The notes under the pieces are model-generated. The model was not told the origin of the DNA, made no database searches, and worked only from the letters and a program-made list of their open reading frames with translations. 32,000 bases of DNA, taken from Candidatus Pelagibacter ubique HTCC1062 (GTDB taxonomy: Bacteria > Pseudomonadota > Alphaproteobacteria > Pelagibacterales > Pelagibacteraceae). The translations under genes were made by a program, and so were the position numbers. How positions within the stretch are numbered: position 1 is the first letter of the stretch; each line of letters opens with the position of its first letter. This document shows, piece after piece, positions 26,586 through 32,000 of the stretch. Location: positions 960,001-992,000 of the forward strand of contig NC_007205.1 of NCBI RefSeq assembly GCF_000012345.1. The letters run 5' to 3'.

Positions 26586-27578
26586 ATGTTTAAATTTTTC
26601 ACTCAAAAAGAATGGCGATTATGGTCATGGGTTGGTTCATTTATTATTCTTTCATCGCTTTGGGTTCAGGTACAAATTGATGTTAAAATAAATGAATGGT
26701 TTGGTCAGTTCTATGACATGATACAAAAAGCTCTAGCAGCCCCTAACTCAATCACAATTGGAGAGTACTGGGCAAGCTTATTATCATTTATTACATTAGC
26801 AGGTATTTATGTGGCTTTGGCTACGGTTGTAGCTTTCTTTACCTCACATTATTTATTTAGATGGAGAACTGCCATGATTGATTGGTATCACAGTGTCTAT
26901 GATAAGGCCCGAACTATTGAAGGTGCTTCACAAAGGGTTCAAGAAGACACAATAAAGTTTTCAAGAATTATGGAAGGACTTGGTACAAGTTTTATAGAAG
27001 CAATAATGATGCTTGTTGAGTTCACACCTATATTATTTGGTTTAAGTGTTGGAATACCTATTTTATTCTTTGGGGATTGGAATTATGGTTTAGTGACAGG
27101 TGCATTTATATGGACTGTAGGTGGAACCCTTTTCTTAATTGTATTAGGTTCAATTTTAAGATTAGTTGGAGTAGAATACGATCTTCAAAAAAATGAAGCC
27201 TCTTATAGAAAATTACTTGTTATAGCTGAAGATAATATAACAATAAGACCAAAGAATTTAGATGAATTATTTAACGATGTAAGAAAAATTCATTTTAAAT
27301 CTTATCTAAGATATTTTTATTTTAATTTGGGTCGTATAACTTATCTTCAAGCGAATGTTCTCTCAGCCTATGTTTTTTTAGCTCCAGCAATAGTAGCAGG
27401 CGTTGTGACATTAGGGGTAATGCAGCAAATTATAAGAGCTTTTGGTAGAGTAGAAGGGTCTATGCAATATATCTTTAGATCATGGCCTACTATCATAGAA
27501 CTCGCCAGTGTTTATAAAAGGTTAAAAGAATTTGAATCCAAGATCAATGCTACTGAATCGATTACTCAAAAAGATTAA
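26586..27578 (+). CDS. SbmA/BacA-like inner-membrane transporter
   Basis: 330 aa. 'INEWFGQFYDMIQKAL', 'SHYLFRWRTAM', 'IEGASQRVQEDTIKFS' and 'SWPTIIELASVYKRLKEFE' align closely with E. coli SbmA as I recall it (NAWYAPFYDLIQTAL, SHYVFRWRTAM, IEGAAQRVQEDTMRFA, SWTTLVELMSIYKRLRSFE). Confidence 0.85.
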   Translation: MFKFFTQKEWRLWSWVGSFIILSSLWVQVQIDVKINEWFGQFYDMIQKALAAPNSITIGEYWASLLSFITLAGIYVALATVVAFFTSHYLFRWRTAMIDWYHSVYDKARTIEGASQRVQEDTIKFSRIMEGLGTSFIEAIMMLVEFTPILFGLSVGIPILFFGDWNYGLVTGAFIWTVGGTLFLIVLGSILRLVGVEYDLQKNEASYRKLLVIAEDNITIRPKNLDELFNDVRKIHFKSYLRYFYFNLGRITYLQANVLSAYVFLAPAIVAGVVTLGVMQQIIRAFGRVEGSMQYIFRSWPTIIELASVYKRLKEFESKINATESITQKD

Positions 27579-28525
27579 TGGCTATCGATAAAAAATATGT
27601 TGATCAAATTTTAAAAGTTTCTGAAAAAGCAGCACTTGCCTCGTCATATTTAGTTGGAAAAAAAGATAAGATTGCAGCAGATCAAGCGGCTGTTGATGCA
27701 ATGCGATCAGAATTAAATAAAATTGATATGAATGGTGAAGTTGTTATTGGTGAAGGTTCACTTGATGAGGCACCAATGCTTTATACAGGTGAAAAACTTG
27801 GAAATAAGGATGGACCTTATTTTGATATTGCTGTTGATCCTTTAGAAGGAACAAATTTTGCAGCAAATAATTTACCTGGAGCAACATCTGTTATTGCAAT
27901 TGCTGAAAAAGGAAATCTTTTTAATGCACCAGAAACTTATATGGATAAAATTGCAACTGGACCAATTGAAAAAGGATTGGTTGATCTAGATTTTCCGTTA
28001 AAGAAAAACCTTACAAATCTTGCAGATTTCTTAAACAAAGACATCTCATCACTGACAGCCTGTATATTGGATAGACCAAGACACAAAAAAATAATTGATG
28101 AATTAAAGCAACTAAATATAAATATTAAATTAATTACTGATGGTGATGTTCTTGGTGCATTGTATGTGACAAATCCAAAATATAATATTGATATATTTTT
28201 GGGTATTGGCGGTGGTCCAGAAGGAGTGTTGGCAGCATCAGCCCTTGATGCTTTTGACTGCCATTTTCAAGGGAGATTTATATTTGATAACGACAAGGAT
28301 ATTAAAGATGCAAACAAAATGGGAATAACTGATTTAAATAAAAAATACGAATTAATTGAAATTATAAAAGGAGACTCTATATTTTGTTCAACAGGAATTA
28401 CTACAAGTGAGATGTTAGCTGGTGTAAAAGTTGATAATAACAAATATACAACCGAAACATTGGTTACACACAAAAGTTTAAAATTTAAAGAAACGGTAAA
28501 AAGAACAAACCTTATCGAAGAATGA
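27578..28525 (+). CDS. glpX: Class II fructose-1,6-bisphosphatase
   Basis: 315 aa. 'GEGSLDEAPMLYTGEKLG', 'DPLEGTN' and 'GIGGGPEGVLAA' are GlpX hallmarks. Confidence 0.92.
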   Translation: MAIDKKYVDQILKVSEKAALASSYLVGKKDKIAADQAAVDAMRSELNKIDMNGEVVIGEGSLDEAPMLYTGEKLGNKDGPYFDIAVDPLEGTNFAANNLPGATSVIAIAEKGNLFNAPETYMDKIATGPIEKGLVDLDFPLKKNLTNLADFLNKDISSLTACILDRPRHKKIIDELKQLNINIKLITDGDVLGALYVTNPKYNIDIFLGIGGGPEGVLAASALDAFDCHFQGRFIFDNDKDIKDANKMGITDLNKKYELIEIIKGDSIFCSTGITTSEMLAGVKVDNNKYTTETLVTHKSLKFKETVKRTNLIEE

Positions 28526-30216
28526 TTTCTGTTTCAGGTAAGAAGTGGGAACAAAAAAAAATTAATCAGAATATTGTTGATAAATTAAAACAAGAACATG
28601 ATTTTAGTGAAATTTTATCTAGATTAATTATTTCAAGAAAATTTGATAATGATGAAATAGCAACAATCAATACAGATTTAGATTTAAACAATGTTTTTTT
28701 AAATAATAAAGATTTCAGTCAATCTATTAACCTTGTTGTAAATTCCATCAATAATAATGAAAAAATATGCATTTTAGGTGATTATGACGTTGATGGCTCT
28801 GCAGCTACATCTTTATTTGTTAAATTTTTTGAAGATATAAATCATCCATTTTTTTACTATATACCTGATAGAGAAAAAGATGGTTATGGAGCTACCAAAA
28901 AACTATTCCAAAAACTGATCTTAGAAAAGCCTAAATTAATTATTATGGTGGATTGTGGCTCAACATCTAATGAAGCAATAGATTTTTTAAATGAGAATGA
29001 AATAAAATCTTTAATCATTGATCATCACGAAATTAATAAGCCTTTTCCAAATGCAAATTCAATTATAAACCCAAAAAAAGATAATAGTTATAAAGAATAT
29101 GACTATTTGTGTGCAACTACACTTACATATTTTTTTTTAGATTTATTGATTAAAAAAATCAAAACTAAAATAAATATATCTGATTATTTGATATATGTTT
29201 TGTTGGCTACAGTATGTGATGTTATGCCTTTAAGAAAACTTAATAGATTAATTGCATTAAATGCCCTTAAAAATTTTGATATAACAAAAAATTTACCACT
29301 AAGTACTTTGTTTGACTTAAATGAAAAAAAAAATAAAATTAATATTAATGATTTAGGCTATTTAATTGGCCCTATATTAAACGCTGGTGGTAGGTTGGGT
29401 AAGTCACAATATGCTACGGAATTATTATCTTCTAATAACGATCAGGTTATCAAAGATAGGTCTACTTATTTAATTAAATTGAATAATAAAAGAAAAGAAA
29501 TAGAAAATTTGCTATTAAATGAAATTGATTTTAAAAAAATTGAAAAAGAAAATAAAGAAGTAATAATTTATTATAATCCAAATATAAACGAAGGTTTAAT
29601 TGGAATTATTGCAGCAAGATTAAAAGATTACTTTAATAAACCCTCCATTGTTATTACAGCATCTAATGAATTATTAAAAGGATCTGCAAGATCAGTTTAT
29701 AATTATAATATTGGTCGCATAATTAAAAATTTACTAGATAAAGATATAATTATAAATGGTGGTGGTCATAATATGGCTGCAGGATTTACGCTAAATAAAG
29801 CAAATCTTAAAGATTTTGAAAATTATATATTAGAGGATTTTTTAAAATCTAATACTGTAAATAATAATATATTTTCATATGAATCAGAAGTTTCGCCATT
29901 AGCATTTAATCAAGATTTTTATGATGATATAAAAAAATTAGAACCTTTTGGTACAGGAAACTCAGTACCCACATTCATGCTAAGAGATCTAAAAATAATT
30001 AAACCAATAGTTCTAAATAACAAGCATATATCTGTAATATTAAAATCAAAAACAGGATTTTCAATTAAATCAATATCGTTTAATACTATTAATACTATGA
30101 TTGGTGAACACTTAATGAGTTATAAAAATAACATTAATGTAATAGGCCAAATCGGAGAGAATATCTGGAATAATAAAAAAACTCTTCAATTAACTATTAG
30201 AGACCTTATCCTATAA
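28522..30216 (+). CDS. recJ: Single-stranded-DNA-specific exonuclease RecJ
   Basis: 564 aa. The DHH-family motifs 'GDYDVDGSAAT', 'MVDCGS', 'IIDHHE' and 'GGGHNMAAG' are present. It overlaps glpX via ATGA. Confidence 0.93.
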   Translation: MISVSGKKWEQKKINQNIVDKLKQEHDFSEILSRLIISRKFDNDEIATINTDLDLNNVFLNNKDFSQSINLVVNSINNNEKICILGDYDVDGSAATSLFVKFFEDINHPFFYYIPDREKDGYGATKKLFQKLILEKPKLIIMVDCGSTSNEAIDFLNENEIKSLIIDHHEINKPFPNANSIINPKKDNSYKEYDYLCATTLTYFFLDLLIKKIKTKINISDYLIYVLLATVCDVMPLRKLNRLIALNALKNFDITKNLPLSTLFDLNEKKNKININDLGYLIGPILNAGGRLGKSQYATELLSSNNDQVIKDRSTYLIKLNNKRKEIENLLLNEIDFKKIEKENKEVIIYYNPNINEGLIGIIAARLKDYFNKPSIVITASNELLKGSARSVYNYNIGRIIKNLLDKDIIINGGGHNMAAGFTLNKANLKDFENYILEDFLKSNTVNNNIFSYESEVSPLAFNQDFYDDIKKLEPFGTGNSVPTFMLRDLKIIKPIVLNNKHISVILKSKTGFSIKSISFNTINTMIGEHLMSYKNNINVIGQIGENIWNNKKTLQLTIRDLIL

Positions 30217-30227
30217 CTTAATTACAC

Positions 30228-30256
30228 TTGATAAATAATGACTTTTAAAATAAAAG
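30228..30256 (+). promoter_or_regulatory. Candidate promoter ahead of tRNA-Glu
   Basis: TTGATA (30228-30233), N17, TAAAAG (30251-30256), ending 10 nt before the tRNA 5' end. It overlaps an AT hairpin at 30239-30260, so the two interpretations compete. Confidence 0.2.
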
Positions 30257-30266
30257 ATCACCTCAT

Positions 30267-30341
30267 GGTCCCTTCGTCTATCGGTTAGGACAGCTGGTTT
30301 TCATCCTGCAAAGGGGGGTTCGATTCCCCCAGGGACCGCCA
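30267..30341 (+). tRNA. tRNA-Glu (anticodon UUC)
   Basis: Cloverleaf: acceptor GGTCCCT/AGGGACC, D-arm GTCT-ATCGGTTA-GGAC, anticodon arm GCTGG-TTTTCAT-CCTGC (contains a U:U mismatch), T-arm GGGGG-TTCGATT-CCCCC, discriminator G and encoded CCA. The overall layout parallels E. coli tRNA-Glu. Confidence 0.85.
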
Positions 30342-30346
30342 TAAAT

Positions 30347-30598
30347 ATGTTATATTACACATATATGCTCAAATCTATTTCAGCAGGTTATAAAAAGACT
30401 TACGTTGGTTATACAAATAATTTAGAGCTAAGACTGAATAAACACAATTCTAATAATGGTGCTAAAGCCACAAAGGGATATAAATGGATTTTAATTTATA
30501 GTAAAAAATTTAGAGATAAAAAGGAAGCTATGTCATTTGAGTATAAACTTAAAAATAATAAGAATTTAAGAAAAGAATTATTAAAAAAATCTCTATAA
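30347..30598 (+). CDS. GIY-YIG nuclease superfamily protein (YhbQ/UPF0213-like)
   Basis: 83 aa. 'YYTYML', 'YVGYTNNLELRLNKHNSNNGAKATKG' and 'EYKLK' parallel E. coli YhbQ '[27 protein letters not shown]' as I recall it. Confidence 0.8.
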   Translation: MLYYTYMLKSISAGYKKTYVGYTNNLELRLNKHNSNNGAKATKGYKWILIYSKKFRDKKEAMSFEYKLKNNKNLRKELLKKSL

Positions 30599-32000
30599 TG
30601 AAAATATCAATATTACTCCCTTATAAAGAAAATTTTTCATCTGAATATGCAGGTGCAGTTTCTATATTTATAAATGATACTGTTTTAAAAAGTAAATATA
30701 AAAAAACAACAAATGTATATGGAAATACTGATTTTAAAAAAGATTTATTAAAAAATTATATTAATTTATCATTAAATAAAAAAAAATTACTTGAGAGTAG
30801 CAGTAATTTTTATGTTAATAATTTTATAAAAAAAAGAAGTGTGATTAATTCAGATATAATAGAAATACATAATAGACCCAATTACGTAAAAAAAATTCTA
30901 AAAATTAAAAAATCTAAAAAAATTTTATACTTTCATAATAATCCTCTTGAAATGAATGGATCCAAATCAATTAAACAAAGATTGTTTTTGATCGAAAATC
31001 TTGATCAAATTATATTTAATAGTGAATGGACTAAAAAACAGTTCTTATTTAATTTGCCAAAAGTTTATATTAAAGTTCAAAAATTAACTGTTATCTATCA
31101 GTCAACAATAAAACCTAAGATAGATTTAAAAAAAAAACAAAATATTATAACTTTTATTGGAAAATTAAACTCTGCAAAAGGGTACGATATCTTTGGTGAA
31201 GCAGCTATCAAAATATTAAATGAATTTCCAAATTGGAATGTGGAAGTTGTAGGTGATGAATCTCGAGAAAAAATTTATTTCAAACATAATCGTTTTAACC
31301 TTAATGGTTTTCAAAACCATAAAAATGTTCTTAAAATTTTAAAAAAAACCTCCATATCTGTTGTTTGTTCAAGATGGAATGAACCTTTTGGAAGAACAAG
31401 CCTTGAATCATCTAGCCATGGATGTGCGACAATCATTAGTAGTAGAGGTGGATTACCCGAAACAACTTCGGATGCGTTAATTTTAAGAAAAATTGATTCT
31501 ACTAATCTGTATATCTTAATTAAAAAATTAATTATTGATGAAAAACTAAGGAATAATTTACAAATAAATTCAATTAAGAATTTTTATCTTACTAATAAAT
31601 TTGTATCAAAACTAATAGATGATACTAGAGAAAGACTATCAATAAAATATTTTATTAAAAAGAATAAAAAATTAAAGATACTTCATATTACAAACTTTAA
31701 TGAACGCCATAATGGTAGATTATTTTATAATACTGGTAGAAGAATAAATAATGGACTAGTTCGATCAAATCATTCAGTTTTAACAATAAGTGATAGAGAT
31801 ATAGTGAGTTATCATAGATCACTTAAAGATTTTGATGGTTCAAAAAAACTTAACTCAAAAATTATTGACACGATTGCCAATTATCTTCCTGATTTAATTA
31901 TTCTTGGTCATGCTGACTTGGTCAGTTTATCTACATTAAAGTTTATAAAAAAAAATTATCCATCAATTAAAATTACACAATGGTTTTTAGATAAAATGAA
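30598..32000 (+). CDS. Two-module glycosyltransferase (complete GT4-like module fused to the start of a second GT-B-like module); 3'-partial
   Basis: The ORF is missing from the track because it has no stop in the window. I translated it by hand from the ATG at 30598 (TAATG overlap with the GIY-YIG stop) to nt 32000 and found no stop codons (467 codons). The GT4 C-terminal signature 'WNEPFGRTSLESSSHGCATIISSRGGLPE' is present. A second module starts near codon 357 ('KKLKILHITNFNERHNGRLFYNTGRRINNGL'). Confidence 0.7.
   Translation, partial: MKISILLPYKENFSSEYAGAVSIFINDTVLKSKYKKTTNVYGNTDFKKDLLKNYINLSLNKKKLLESSSNFYVNNFIKKRSVINSDIIEIHNRPNYVKKILKIKKSKKILYFHNNPLEMNGSKSIKQRLFLIENLDQIIFNSEWTKKQFLFNLPKVYIKVQKLTVIYQSTIKPKIDLKKKQNIITFIGKLNSAKGYDIFGEAAIKILNEFPNWNVEVVGDESREKIYFKHNRFNLNGFQNHKNVLKILKKTSISVVCSRWNEPFGRTSLESSSHGCATIISSRGGLPETTSDALILRKIDSTNLYILIKKLIIDEKLRNNLQINSIKNFYLTNKFVSKLIDDTRERLSIKYFIKKNKKLKILHITNFNERHNGRLFYNTGRRINNGLVRSNHSVLTISDRDIVSYHRSLKDFDGSKKLNSKIIDTIANYLPDLIILGHADLVSLSTLKFIKKNYPSIKITQWFLDKM

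Noticed and set aside
31128-31137. An A10 homopolymer inside the glycosyltransferase, as a possible phase-variation switch
   Set aside because: A8-A10 runs encoding Lys-Lys-Lys occur in many housekeeping genes here (for example in the rlpA-like gene, holB and metG), so the tract is a compositional by-product unless length polymorphism is shown.

Overview
The window is very AT-rich (about 30% G+C by eye, not computed) and almost entirely coding. The alphaproteobacterial gene order (uvrA<>ssb-gyrA-coaD-ppi-tgt; recG<>sdhE; mltB-rlpA-dac-tmk-holB-metG-tatD-MBL), the Lys/Asn/Ile-rich proteins and the near absence of intergenic DNA suggest a streamlined marine alphaproteobacterium of the SAR11/Pelagibacterales type. 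That taxonomic assignment is inference. I can support 31 protein-coding genes, one candidate 25-codon small ORF and four tRNAs (Lys-UUU, Ser-UGA, Pro-UGG, Glu-UUC), all with encoded CCA. secD is 5'-partial, and a fused glycosyltransferase at the 3' end runs out of the window. I see no rRNA, CRISPR array, IS or transposase, integrase, prophage gene, toxin-antitoxin pair or recognisable defence cassette. I do not see a convincing novel multi-gene system; most of the window is ordinary core genome. The main leads are as follows. (1) Cys/His ligands of structural zinc modules are replaced in four unrelated housekeeping proteins (UvrA, HolB, MetRS, Tgt). (2) Two tRNA genes sit 4-5 nt upstream of same-strand CDS starts, which implies tRNA-mRNA co-transcripts. 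(3) At tRNA-Glu the core genome gives way to a GIY-YIG gene and a two-module fused glycosyltransferase, possibly the edge of a surface-glycan or variable locus. (4) An unannotated 25-codon hydrophobic ORF lies 6 nt upstream of the DUF502 gene. (5) Several convergent genes overlap or abut, leaving no room for terminators. Several ORF-track starts are TTG/GTG codons just upstream of a better ATG, and I corrected them in the feature list. Reference-protein residues are quoted from memory and need alignment to confirm.
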